DNA from: Christensenellales bacterium
Lineage (GTDB): Bacteria > Bacillota > Clostridia > Christensenellales > CAG-138
Direction of reading: 5' to 3'
Assembly: GCA_040767925.1 (NCBI GenBank)
Contig: JAXGNN010000001.1
Coordinates: forward strand, 1,411,679-1,475,678
Length of the DNA stretch: 64,000 bases
The position numbers were made by a program, and so were the translations under genes. How positions within the stretch are numbered: the stretch's first letter is position 1; each line of letters opens with the position of its first letter. Positions 1-11,844 of this stretch are shown here, piece after piece. The notes under the pieces were generated by a model. The model made no database searches. It saw only the letters and a program-made list of their open reading frames with translations, and was not told the DNA's origin.

Positions 1-129
1 CGCGTGCTCGACGAGGAGGAGATCTACCTCGACATGACCAACAACATCAGCCCCTGCGTGGTCCGCCCCGTTCAAGGGGAGAGCTTCTATTACCTCATCC
101 TCCCGGTAAGGATCTTTTCGGGAATGTAG
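1..129 (+). CDS. dnaN: DNA polymerase III beta clamp, 3' end (partial)
   Basis: Frame 1 reads RVLDEEEIYLDMTNNISPCVVRPVQGESFYYLILPVRIFSGM*, the typical beta-clamp C-terminus (YLILPVR); recF/gyrB/gyrA nearby. Confidence 0.9.
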   Translation, partial: RVLDEEEIYLDMTNNISPCVVRPVQGESFYYLILPVRIFSGM

Positions 130-131
130 AT

Positions 132-163
132 CAATTGATAATTGACAATGGACAATTGAGAAT
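132..163 (+). repeat. Heptamer tandem array (CAATTGA-type) directly after the dnaN stop
   Basis: CAATTGA TAATTGA CAATGGA CAATTGA GAAT. Confidence 0.9.
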
Positions 164-190
164 CAAGACCGCTGCTGCGGCGGGAGTTTT

Positions 191-216
191 ATAAGGGCGG
201 ATTCCATATCCGCCCG
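191..216 (+). repeat. REP-like palindrome (GTAG-family variant)
   Basis: ATAAGGGCGGATTCCATATCCGCCCG; near-identical to the minus-strand copies at 4261-4286 and 22249-22274. Confidence 0.75.
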
Positions 217-254
217 GGATTCTTTTGATTGAAGATGAACCAATGCTGAAATAA

Positions 255-665
255 TTATTTATCGATATAAAGATCAATATCTATTTCCGTTCCAGTCAAA
301 TAGCAAAATTCAATTATTTCTCTGCCGGGCGCCAGGGCTGGCGTTGGTTCGCCGGCATAAATATGAGGGACCGCTTCCAATATGAATGAAACATCGTATT
401 TTTGCTTGATCTCCCGCAGCAATGAGACTTTTGATTTTAAATTTGAAATTGTAATCATCATTTGATTTTCGGTAATTACATCATAAATTTCGTTTCTGCC
501 ATATTCCCATAAAGCAAAATCATAATGGCCGTTTCCAAATTTGCGCTTGTCGCCGATTTTCCAGGTTTGAGAAGGAATCAATCCCAAAATCTCCGTAATT
601 TCATTCGGATTAAAGATCCCTTTGATTGCGAAATACGTATAACAGCGATTGACTTTCCTTCTCAT
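255..665 (-). CDS. DUF4279-like hypothetical protein, AT-rich
   Basis: 136 aa; YF.I.G..F.P.EIT..LG..P...W..GD start and EIDIDLY end recalled for DUF4279; far more AT-rich than flanking genes. Confidence 0.65.
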   Translation of the reverse strand: MRRKVNRCYTYFAIKGIFNPNEITEILGLIPSQTWKIGDKRKFGNGHYDFALWEYGRNEIYDVITENQMMITISNLKSKVSLLREIKQKYDVSFILEAVPHIYAGEPTPALAPGREIIEFCYLTGTEIDIDLYIDK

Positions 666-740
666 AATTTAATCATCGTCACCGAGAGTGTCCAATCAGC
701 ATAATATTATCTTTCATATCATTCGAAAATAGAGAAATAT

Positions 741-962
741 CTATTCGATTTTATTATCCCTGCGTTCTTCGTTCGCGCGTATGACGGCGCGGCAGGTGAT
801 CCCGGCGGCGCCGAACAGAACCGCCAGCGCGAGGTAAAACAGCCTGTACGCGAGCTGCTCCGCATCATAGGAATTCGGCATCATGAAGTTATACAGCTCC
901 ATGCAGAAAAACAGCCCGCAAAGGATGTTCCAGAAGAGCTTGAGCCTCTTGAGCGCTTTCAT
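741..962 (-). CDS. Small two-TM membrane protein
   Basis: 73 aa, two hydrophobic segments, AGGAGG RBS, TATAAT (minus strand) at 994-999. Confidence 0.65.
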   Translation of the reverse strand: MKALKRLKLFWNILCGLFFCMELYNFMMPNSYDAEQLAYRLFYLALAVLFGAAGITCRAVIRANEERRDNKIE

Positions 963-1300
963 TTCCGCCGCCTCCTGAAAAAAGGGATGGCTTATTATAG
1001 CACGGCTCTCCCTCCCCCGCGGCCTATAAAATCATTTTATGGTAAAAGCGCTCAGTAAATAGTTCCTATCAAATGATTGAATCGCGCGAAGAAAGGGCGT
1101 TCTTTGGCGTTTCTGGCGGACGGTTTTTCCCACGCGGGGCATCGTTAATTTCTATAGGCGTTGCCAAAAGGTATCATTTGATTTGATGGACGGTTTCTCC
1201 CGAAGGAAAAACGACCTTCCATTAAAACTGGAAGATCGTTTTCTCTCCTTGCGGCGCGCGGCCCTCGTCCGTACGGAACGCGCCGCGTCCGGAATGATCT

Positions 1301-3754
1301 TTACTGTTCCTCGCCTTCCGCTTCCTCCTCCTCGTGCGGCAGCAGCGCCACGCCGACCACGCGGCTGTCGTCGTCCACGCGCATGAGGCGTACGCCCTGC
1401 GTGTTTCTGGAGATGAGGCTGATCTGCTCGACCGGCACGCGGATGACGGTGCCGTCGTCGCGGATCATCATGACGTCCTCGTCCCCGCGGCAGATCTTCA
1501 TGCAGGCGAGAGGGCCCGTCTTCTCTGTGATGGCCATGGCGATGACGCCCTTGCCTCCCCTGCCCTGGAGGGGATACTGGTCTTCCGGCGTCCTCTTGCC
1601 CATGCCTCCCTCCGTGATGGAGAGCACGGTCGAGCCCTTCTCGATGAGGTTTACGTCCACGACCTCGTCGCCCTCGTCGAGCAAAATGCTCCTGACGCCC
1701 GTCGCCGTGCGGCCCATGGCGCGCACGTCGTCCTCGTGGAAGCGGATGCACTTGCCGTTTTTCGTGCCCACGAGGAACTCGTCGTTCCCGCGGGAGAGCA
1801 TGACGCCGATGAGCTCGTCCCCCTCGCGAAGGCCGAGCGCGATGATGCCGGTTTTCCTGATGTTGTCGAAGTCGCTCATGGGCGTCTTCTTGATGACGCC
1901 GTAGCGCGTGGCGAGCACGAGGTATTCGCCCTCCTCCTCGCGGCCTACGGGGAACATGGCGGTGATCTTCTCACCGCCCGCGAGCTGCAGCAGGTTCACG
2001 ATGGCCATGCCCTTTGCGGTGCGCCCCGCCTCCGGCAGGTTGTAGCACTTAATCTTGAAGGCGCGGCCGGTGTTCGTAAAGAACATGATGTTGTTGTGCG
2101 TGCTCGTCACGAACAGATGCTCCACGAAGTCCTCCTCGCGCGTCGCCTGCCCGATGATGCCCTTGCCTCCGCGGTTTTGCGCGCGGTAGGTGCCGGGCGT
2201 GATGCGCTTGACATAGCCGAGGTGGGTCATGGTGACGGCCATGTCCTCCTCCTGGATGATGTCGTCAAGGTCGATGTCGTCGCTCGCGGGCGCGATCTCC
2301 GTGCGGCGGGGGTCGGCGTACTTGCGGCGGATTTCCAGGATTTCCGCGCGGATGATGGCGAGGAGCTTGTTTTCGTCCGCCAGCACGCCCTCGTAGTATT
2401 CGACGGTCTTTTTCAGTTCGTCCCTCTCCTCGGTGATCTTGTCCCGCTCGAGACCCGTGAGCCGCGCGAGGCGCATGTCGAGGATCGCCTGCGCCTGCTT
2501 CTCGGAGAGGCCGAAGCGCGCGCAGAGCGCCTCCTTGGCGGCAGGCACGCTCGGGGAGCGCTTGATGAGCTCCACGACCTCGTCGATGTTGTCGAGCGCG
2601 ATGAGAAGGCCCTCGAGGATGTGGAGGCGCTCCTTGGCGCGGTCGAGGTCGTACTGCGTGCGCCGCGTGACGACCTGCCGCTGGAAACGCAGGTAATGAT
2701 GAAGCATTTCCCGCAGGTTCAATACCTTCGGCTCCCCGTCGACGAGGCAGAGCATGATGACGCCGAAGGTATCCTGCATCTGCGTGTGCTTGTAGAGCTG
2801 GTTTAAGATGACGTTGGCGTTGACGTCGCGCTTCAGTTCGACGACGATGCGCATTCCGTGGCGGTCGGTCTCGTCCCGGAGGGCCGCGATGCCCTCGACG
2901 CGCTTTTCGTGCACGAGCTCGGCGATCTTCTCAACAAGGCGCGCCTTGTTGACCTGATAGGGGATCTCCGTCACGACGATGCGGCTCCTGCCGCCGCCCA
3001 TCTCCTCGATTTCGGCCTTTGCGCGCACAATGACGCGCCCGCGCCCCGTGCGGTACGCCTGGCGGATGCCCGCGTTGCCCATGATGGTGGCGGCCGTGGG
3101 GAAGTCCGGGCCGGGAATGTAGGCCATCAGCTCCTCGACGGAAATGTCGCGGTTGTCGATCATGGCGACGTACGCGTCGATCACTTCGCCGAGGTTATGC
3201 GGCGGTATGTTGGTCGCCATGCCCACGGCGATGCCGCCCGAGCCGTTGACGAGGAGGTTCGGGTAGCGGCTGGGGAGCACCGAGGGCTGCATGAGCGTCT
3301 CGTCGAAGTTGGGGTAGAAGTCGACCGTGTTCTTGCCGATGTCCGCCATCATGTCGTCCGCGAGCTTCGAGAGGCGCGCCTCGGTATAGCGCATGGCGGC
3401 GGCGCTGTCCCCGTCGACGGAGCCGAAGTTGCCCTGTCCCTCGACGAGCATATAGCGCGTGTTGAAGTCCTGCGCGAGGCGCACCATGGCGTCGTACACG
3501 GAGGAATCGCCGTGCGGGTGGTATTTGCCCAGCACGTCGCCCACGATGCGCGCGCTCTTGTGGAAGGGCTTGTCGGCGGTGAAGCCCTGCTCGTCCATCG
3601 AGTAGAGGATGCGCCTGTGCACGGGCTTGAGGCCGTCGCGCACGTCGGGCAGCGCGCGGTCGATGATGACGGCCATGGCGTAGGAGATGAAGCTGCGCTT
3701 CATTTCCGCTTCGATGTCTAAGGGGAGTATACGGGATACCTGCTTTTCGTCCAT
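1301..3754 (-). CDS. gyrA: DNA gyrase subunit A
   Basis: [28 protein letters not shown], GyrA-box QNRGGKG; start reset to MDEKQ (ATG 3754, AGAGGT RBS). Confidence 0.98.
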   Translation of the reverse strand: MDEKQVSRILPLDIEAEMKRSFISYAMAVIIDRALPDVRDGLKPVHRRILYSMDEQGFTADKPFHKSARIVGDVLGKYHPHGDSSVYDAMVRLAQDFNTRYMLVEGQGNFGSVDGDSAAAMRYTEARLSKLADDMMADIGKNTVDFYPNFDETLMQPSVLPSRYPNLLVNGSGGIAVGMATNIPPHNLGEVIDAYVAMIDNRDISVEELMAYIPGPDFPTAATIMGNAGIRQAYRTGRGRVIVRAKAEIEEMGGGRSRIVVTEIPYQVNKARLVEKIAELVHEKRVEGIAALRDETDRHGMRIVVELKRDVNANVILNQLYKHTQMQDTFGVIMLCLVDGEPKVLNLREMLHHYLRFQRQVVTRRTQYDLDRAKERLHILEGLLIALDNIDEVVELIKRSPSVPAAKEALCARFGLSEKQAQAILDMRLARLTGLERDKITEERDELKKTVEYYEGVLADENKLLAIIRAEILEIRRKYADPRRTEIAPASDDIDLDDIIQEEDMAVTMTHLGYVKRITPGTYRAQNRGGKGIIGQATREEDFVEHLFVTSTHNNIMFFTNTGRAFKIKCYNLPEAGRTAKGMAIVNLLQLAGGEKITAMFPVGREEEGEYLVLATRYGVIKKTPMSDFDNIRKTGIIALGLREGDELIGVMLSRGNDEFLVGTKNGKCIRFHEDDVRAMGRTATGVRSILLDEGDEVVDVNLIEKGSTVLSITEGGMGKRTPEDQYPLQGRGGKGVIAMAITEKTGPLACMKICRGDEDVMMIRDDGTVIRVPVEQISLISRNTQGVRLMRVDDDSRVVGVALLPHEEEEAEGEEQ

Positions 3755-3769
3755 TACATTACCTCTGGG

Positions 3770-3801
3770 TAATTGACAATTGACAATTGACAATTGACAA
3801 T
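3770..3801 (+). repeat. Heptamer tandem array (AATTGAC)x4
   Basis: TAATTGA CAATTGA CAATTGA CAATTGA CAAT, between the four-helix-bundle stop and the gyrA RBS. Confidence 0.95.
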
Positions 3802-4160
3802 CAAATTTTGTCCTTGGTTGATTTGACGATCGCCGTGAGCAACCTTACAAGCTCGTTGCAATCCGTCCATATGCCGCTGAATTCCTTATCCGTCAAATAA
3901 TCCGATTCATGGAGCAGCTCAAGCCAATATTCGGTCTCGACGGCCTCTTTGAGCGCGATGTTCATTTTGGAAAGGAAGTCCTTCCCGCTCTGACCCTGCA
4001 CCGCCTCGCGCACGTTCGCGCCGATGCTTGTGCCGCTCCTGACCAATTGCTTTGAGAGCACGAATTCATGCCGGTCTTTTAAAAGGAACTGATAGAGCTT
4101 GATCGTCCGCAGGGCAAACGTCTTGCTTTTCTCGACGATGACGTTGCTTCCTTCCTTCAT
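3801..4160 (-). CDS. Four helix bundle protein (23S rRNA-IVP / TIGR02436-like)
   Basis: KS..FA.R.IKLY..L....[22 protein letters not shown]...QS..DF.SKM.IALKEA.ET.YWLELL; GGAGG RBS before ATG 4160; lower GC than gyrB/gyrA. Confidence 0.92.
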   Translation of the reverse strand: MKEGSNVIVEKSKTFALRTIKLYQFLLKDRHEFVLSKQLVRSGTSIGANVREAVQGQSGKDFLSKMNIALKEAVETEYWLELLHESDYLTDKEFSGIWTDCNELVRLLTAIVKSTKDKI

Positions 4161-4260
4161 GCTTCCTCCCAAATGCTCAATTGACCTTCGCCGGGCTTTT
4201 ATCCGATATGAATCGGTCCCTGCGGCGTCCCGCGTTTTATTGCTCCTTTTGCTTATATTG

Positions 4261-4286
4261 CGGGCCGATATGGAATCGGCCCCTAC
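4261..4286 (-). repeat. REP-like palindrome GTAGGGGCCGATTCCATATCGGCCCG
   Basis: GTAG followed by a GC-rich hairpin; degenerate second copy at 4201-4223. Confidence 0.8.
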
Positions 4287-4306
4287 AAGCCCCGCCGCGT
4301 TCTCCG

Positions 4307-4461
4307 ATTTTCAATTGTCCATTATCAATTGTCAATTGCCCAATCCCGCCGCAGCGGCCGGTCCCCGATTGTCAATTGTCCATTATCAATTGTCAATTGC
4401 CCAATCCCGCCGCAGCGGCCGGTCCCCGATTGTCAATTGTCAATTATCAATTGTCAATTGC
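4307..4461 (-). repeat. About 2.5 tandem copies of a 61-bp unit containing three heptamer arrays
   Basis: Unit CAATCCCGCCGCAGCGGCCGGTCCCCGATTGTCAATTGTCCATTATCAATTGTCAATTGCC at 4341-4401 and 4402-4462, partial copy at 4307-4340; abuts the gyrB stop. Confidence 0.95.
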
Positions 4462-7564
<3,103 letters not shown>

Positions 7565-7730
7565 TCCGCGCCCTTTCTCCTAGGTTACATTTTACCACGG
7601 GAAACACCCGTTTTCAAGAGATTGTTTATTATTATAAGAAGGAAGTACGGAAAAAGCGCCTTTTTGGCCGCGCCGCGCCCCGCTTTTGAAAGCGGTTGAC
7701 ATTTCGCGGGCGGAACATAATAATTAGGCT

Positions 7731-9134
7731 ATGAAAGAATTTCCCGTAAGCGAAAAACTGCGCGCGCTCGCCTTCGCGTTCAAGGCCGCGGGCAAGCCGC
7801 TCTACGCCGTGGGCGGCATGGTGCGAAACCCGCTCTTGGGCCTGCCCGTGAGCGACGCGGACGTCTGCTCCGCCATGACCCCGGACGGGGTCGCGGCGCT
7901 CTGCGCGCGCCTTAACATCGGCTGTTTCCCCAAGGGCGCGGCGTTCGGCACGCTCGACCTTGTCGTCGGCGAGGGCGCGGCGCGGGAGAAGTACGAATAC
8001 GCGTGCTTCCGGAGCGAGCGCTACGCGCGCGGCGGCGCGCACAGGCCGGAGCGCGTGGCCTATTCCGAATCCCTCGCGGAGGACGCCTTCCGCCGCGACT
8101 TCACGGTGAACGCCATCTATCTCGACATCGCGGAGAACCGCCTCGCCGACCCTACGGGCGGCCTCGCCGACCTTGAAAAGAAGCGCATCCGCGCCACCTC
8201 CCCCGACCCCAACGTCATCATGGGGGACGACGCGCTTCGCATCCTCCGCATGGCGCGCTTCGCGGCGCAGCTCAACTTCACGATCGACGAGGCGACCGTC
8301 GCCGCCGCGCGGGCAAACGCCCCGGGCCTTCGCGACATTTCCCCCGAGCGGATCTTCGACGAGCTGCATAAACTTCTCCTCGCGGACGCGCGCTACGGCG
8401 CGCCGAAGGAGAGCCTTTTCTACGGGCTTGAGGCGCTGTACCGCGCCGGCGCGTACGCGGTCTTCCTGCCGGAGCTCGAGGCCTGCGCGGGCGTCGCGCA
8501 GAAGAAACAGTATCACGCCCACGACGTGCTCCGCCACATCCTCCACGCGACGGCGGAGGCGCCGCCCGACCCCGCGATCCGCTTCGCGATGCTCCTGCAC
8601 GACGTCGGCAAGCCCGCGGCGCTCGCCGGCCACGGCAAGATGCACGGGCACGAGCTTCTGGGAGAGGAGATGGCGGATGAAATCCTAAAGCGCCTGCGCG
8701 CGCCCAACGCCCTCCGGCGGGAGGTCGCGACGCTCGTGCGCTGGCATATGTACGATCTCAACGGGGAGGCGCGCGAGTGCAAGGTGAAAAAGCGCTTCGT
8801 GGAGCTCGGGCGGGAGACGGCGCATAAGCTCTGCGCCGTGCGCGAGGCGGACGTCAACGGCAGCGGCCTGTACGAAGGCCCCGTCCGAACGGCCGAAAAA
8901 TGGCGCGAAATCCTCCGGTCGATGGAAAAGGAAAACGCGCCCTTCACCGAGGCGGAGCTCGCCTGTACGGGCGCGGACATCGCCGAGTGGCTCGGCATTC
9001 CGCCCGGCGCGCGCATCGGCGAGATCAAGCGCGCGCTCCTGATGCACTGCGCCTGCAAGCCTTCCGACAACGCGCGGGAGAAACTCAGGCTTCTCGCGCG
9101 CGACATGCACAGGGGAGGAGGCTTTCCCTCATGA
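7731..9134 (+). CDS. cca: CCA-adding tRNA nucleotidyltransferase with HD domain
   Basis: AVGG.VR, D.D, EDAFRRDFTVNA, DALRILR, LLHDVGK. Confidence 0.85.
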   Translation: MKEFPVSEKLRALAFAFKAAGKPLYAVGGMVRNPLLGLPVSDADVCSAMTPDGVAALCARLNIGCFPKGAAFGTLDLVVGEGAAREKYEYACFRSERYARGGAHRPERVAYSESLAEDAFRRDFTVNAIYLDIAENRLADPTGGLADLEKKRIRATSPDPNVIMGDDALRILRMARFAAQLNFTIDEATVAAARANAPGLRDISPERIFDELHKLLLADARYGAPKESLFYGLEALYRAGAYAVFLPELEACAGVAQKKQYHAHDVLRHILHATAEAPPDPAIRFAMLLHDVGKPAALAGHGKMHGHELLGEEMADEILKRLRAPNALRREVATLVRWHMYDLNGEARECKVKKRFVELGRETAHKLCAVREADVNGSGLYEGPVRTAEKWREILRSMEKENAPFTEAELACTGADIAEWLGIPPGARIGEIKRALLMHCACKPSDNAREKLRLLARDMHRGGGFPS

Positions 9135-10456
9135 CGGACACCATTTTCGCCCCGGCGACGCCCTTCGGCGGCGCGATCGCGATCATCCGCGTCAGCGGGC
9201 CGGGGGCGCTCCCCGCGCTGCAGGCGGTTTTTTCGGCAAAAGACGACGCTTTTATTCCCCGGGAAATAAAATACGGCCGTTTGATGGACGAGGGCGAGGC
9301 GATCGACGACGTCATGGCCTGCTTCTTCGAAGGACCGAAGAGCTACACGGGCGAGGACATGGCGGAGCTCTACCTCCACGGCTCGCAGGCGGTCGGCAGG
9401 CGCGCTCTCGCGCTTCTCGCGAAAAAGGGCCTCCGGCCCGCGGAGCCCGGAGAATTCACGAAAAGGGCCTTCCTCAACGGCAAGCTCTCCCTCTCCCGCG
9501 CGGAGGCCGTGATGGACATGATCAATTCCGTCACCGAGCGCGGATCGAAGAGCGCGCTCGAGCAGCTCGAGGGCAGCGTGGGCCGCGCCGTGGGCGCAAT
9601 CGAGGAGGAACTTCTCGACCTCATCGCGGGCGTGGACGCGGCGCTCGACTATCCCGACGAACTGGAGGAGGACACCGTAAGCGGCGCGCCGCCGCGCATT
9701 TTGGAAATCCAAAGAAAGCTCGACGCGTTCATCGTTTCGGGCGAGAAGGGGCGCTATATCCGCGAGGGCGCGCGCGTGGCCATACTCGGGCTGCCCAACG
9801 CGGGCAAATCCTCGCTCTTCAACGCGCTGCTCGGGCGCGAGCGGGCGATCGTCACCCCCGTGCCGGGCACCACGCGCGACACCATCGAGGAGATCCTCTC
9901 CATCGACGGCGTGCCCGTGCGCCTCGTCGACACGGCGGGGCTGCGGGAGGCGTTGGACGAGGCGGAGCGCGTCGGCGTTTCCCGCGCGAAGGACGCGGCT
10001 TCGTTCGCGGACGCGCTCGTCCTGGCGTTCGACGCGGCGGCGGCGCTCACAAACGACGATCTGGAGCTGATCCGATCGACCAAGGGCCGCCCGCGCGTCG
10101 CGGCGCTCTGCAAGGGGGACCTCCCCGCGCGGACCGACGCCGCCGCGCTCCAATCGCACGGCCTTGAAACGGTGACGGTGAGCTCGCTTACGGGCGAGGG
10201 CGTCGACGCGCTCCGGCGCGCGCTCGCCGCGCGCCTCATCCCCGAGGGGGAGAGCGCGCTCATCACCAACGCCCGCCACGTCGCGGCGCTCGTCCGCGCG
10301 CGCGAGGCGCTCGAGAGCGTCGACTTCGCGGACGGCGCGGATTGCGCGGCGGTCATCCTCCACACGGCCCTTTCGGCTTTGGGCGAAATCACGGGCCGCG
10401 ACGTTTCGGAGGACGTGATCGCGCGCATCTTCGAAAAGTTCTGCGTGGGAAAATAG
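9131..10456 (+). CDS. mnmE: tRNA modification GTPase MnmE (TrmE)
   Basis: SYTGED, GLPNAGKSS, PGTTRD, DTAG, C-terminal FCVGK; ATGA overlap with cca. Confidence 0.96.
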   Translation: MTDTIFAPATPFGGAIAIIRVSGPGALPALQAVFSAKDDAFIPREIKYGRLMDEGEAIDDVMACFFEGPKSYTGEDMAELYLHGSQAVGRRALALLAKKGLRPAEPGEFTKRAFLNGKLSLSRAEAVMDMINSVTERGSKSALEQLEGSVGRAVGAIEEELLDLIAGVDAALDYPDELEEDTVSGAPPRILEIQRKLDAFIVSGEKGRYIREGARVAILGLPNAGKSSLFNALLGRERAIVTPVPGTTRDTIEEILSIDGVPVRLVDTAGLREALDEAERVGVSRAKDAASFADALVLAFDAAAALTNDDLELIRSTKGRPRVAALCKGDLPARTDAAALQSHGLETVTVSSLTGEGVDALRRALAARLIPEGESALITNARHVAALVRAREALESVDFADGADCAAVILHTALSALGEITGRDVSEDVIARIFEKFCVGK

Positions 10457-10470
10457 GGACGGGGCGGGGA

Positions 10471-10707
10471 TAATTGACAATTGATAATTGACAATGGGTT
10501 TAGGATGAAACGGCTTCCGCTTGAACGGTGTTCTGCGGGGGCTGCTTTTCATATGGGCGAGGATTCGCATTCCCGTAGGGGCGAATTCCCTCCCAAAACA
10601 AAACGGCCTCCGCCGAACGTCGTTCAAGCGGAGGCTGTTTCTTAGTTCAGTTCATTGTCAATTGTCAATTATCAATTGTCAATTGCCTTAATTGCCTTAA
10701 TTGCCTT
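10471..10707. repeat. Mirror-symmetric intergenic element: heptamer array, hairpin, central hairpin, inverted hairpin, inverted heptamer array, (AATTGCCTT)x3
   Basis: Arrays at 10471-10498 (+) and 10651-10687 (-); hairpins at 10508-10549 and 10601-10640 are approximate reverse complements. Confidence 0.85.
10601..10640. terminator. Intrinsic terminator-like hairpin between convergent mnmE and sortase genes
   Basis: AAACGGCCTCCGC-CGAACGTCGTTCAA-GCGGAGGCTGTTT. Confidence 0.7.
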
Positions 10708-11791
10708 AGTTCGTCGCCTTGAGCAGCATGTACATCCTCTGGTAGCTGTCGCCGGAGCTGTCGGCGCAGGTGACGAGCACCATGATCTTGTCGCTGGAAC
10801 TCATGGAACCGAGCGTCGCGCCCTTGTAGGCCGAGGTGCAGTAGCTCATCATGGTGTCGATCCACTGCTGCTTTTCGGAGCCGGTGCGATAGGACTGCAT
10901 GGCCGCGAACAGCTCGAGGTTCTTGCGCGTGGTGGAGGACTTGACGGTCGAGGTCGTGGTTTCGAAGAAGCCGACAAGTTCCCATTTGGTGGAACCGTTG
11001 TAGCTGATGTTGAACACGCTCGTCCGCGCGCCCGAGCAGTCGCGCTTGCAGTATTCGCAGCTGGACTTGCCGAGCCACGCGTTCTGGACGTGGTGCAGCT
11101 CGTGGAAGCCGAGGTTGGTCGTCTGCTTGAGCGCGGACTTCCTCATGTTGTGGCCGTAGATGACCGCGATTGGGTTGGTGAGGTAGCTCAGCGCGTAGAT
11201 GTAGTTCTTGCTCGAGGAATACGCGTTGTAGTAGAAATTGCCCTTCTTGTCGATGGCGTTGCAATAGATGTAGGTGTTGATGTTGGTGCCGTCGATCTGG
11301 ATGGAGCCCCAGACGTCGGCGGAGGTGCCGGTGTACGACGCGTAGACGAGCTTGCCCGCGGTCGTTCCGCCGGAGCCGCTGCCGCCGCTCTGCATCTTGA
11401 CGTAGGAGGCGTAGATCCAGCCGACGTAGCCGTTATAGCCGACCTTCCAGTACTTGCTGCTCGAGGTGTTGTCGAGGATGGTCACCTGCTTGCCGGAGGG
11501 GATCTGCTTGCAGCCGGAAACCTGGGCGCTGCTCGTGTCCGGGCCAGTGCGGAAGTTGCACTTCGCGGTCGTGACGCCCCATACCGTTGAAGTCTGCGAG
11601 GAGCCGCCGGAGCTGTTTCCGCCGGAGAGGCCGCCGCCCGATGTGGAGGAGCCGCCGGAAGAATCCGAACCGGTGCCTCCGGTAATGGTGAGCCCGTTCA
11701 TCGTGTGCGCCGCGAGCGAGGATGCGGGAACGAGCGCGAAGAGCATCAGGAGCGTCAGCGCAACTGCCAATACGCGAGTGGTTTTTTTCAT
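10706..11791 (-). CDS. Secreted SH3b-domain / class B sortase-like fusion protein
   Basis: Signal peptide (MKKTTRVLAVAL...SLA), Gly/Ser linkers, SH3b (NFRTGP...WKVGYNGYVGWIYASYV), sortase motifs IYGHNM, LVTC and downstream R. Confidence 0.75.
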   Translation of the reverse strand: MKKTTRVLAVALTLLMLFALVPASSLAAHTMNGLTITGGTGSDSSGGSSTSGGGLSGGNSSGGSSQTSTVWGVTTAKCNFRTGPDTSSAQVSGCKQIPSGKQVTILDNTSSSKYWKVGYNGYVGWIYASYVKMQSGGSGSGGTTAGKLVYASYTGTSADVWGSIQIDGTNINTYIYCNAIDKKGNFYYNAYSSSKNYIYALSYLTNPIAVIYGHNMRKSALKQTTNLGFHELHHVQNAWLGKSSCEYCKRDCSGARTSVFNISYNGSTKWELVGFFETTTSTVKSSTTRKNLELFAAMQSYRTGSEKQQWIDTMMSYCTSAYKGATLGSMSSSDKIMVLVTCADSSGDSYQRMYMLLKATN

Positions 11792-11844
11792 ATCTGTCGT
11801 CCTTTCCTTTTGGGAGCAAAGTTTGGGAGCAAAGCTTACTCTGG

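Noticed and set aside
3755..3793. N-terminal extension of GyrA ([13 protein letters not shown]) and other LSIVNCQ-containing ORFs (4099..5811, 4181..4465, 9754..10494, 10655..11590)
   Set aside because: Translation artefacts of the stop-free orientation of the heptamer array; gyrA has its own RBS before ATG 3754
4307..4461. CRISPR-like alternation of ~30-bp repeats and ~31-bp spacers
   Set aside because: The two spacers are identical, the repeat is itself a heptamer array, and no cas genes are in the window; it is a tandem duplication
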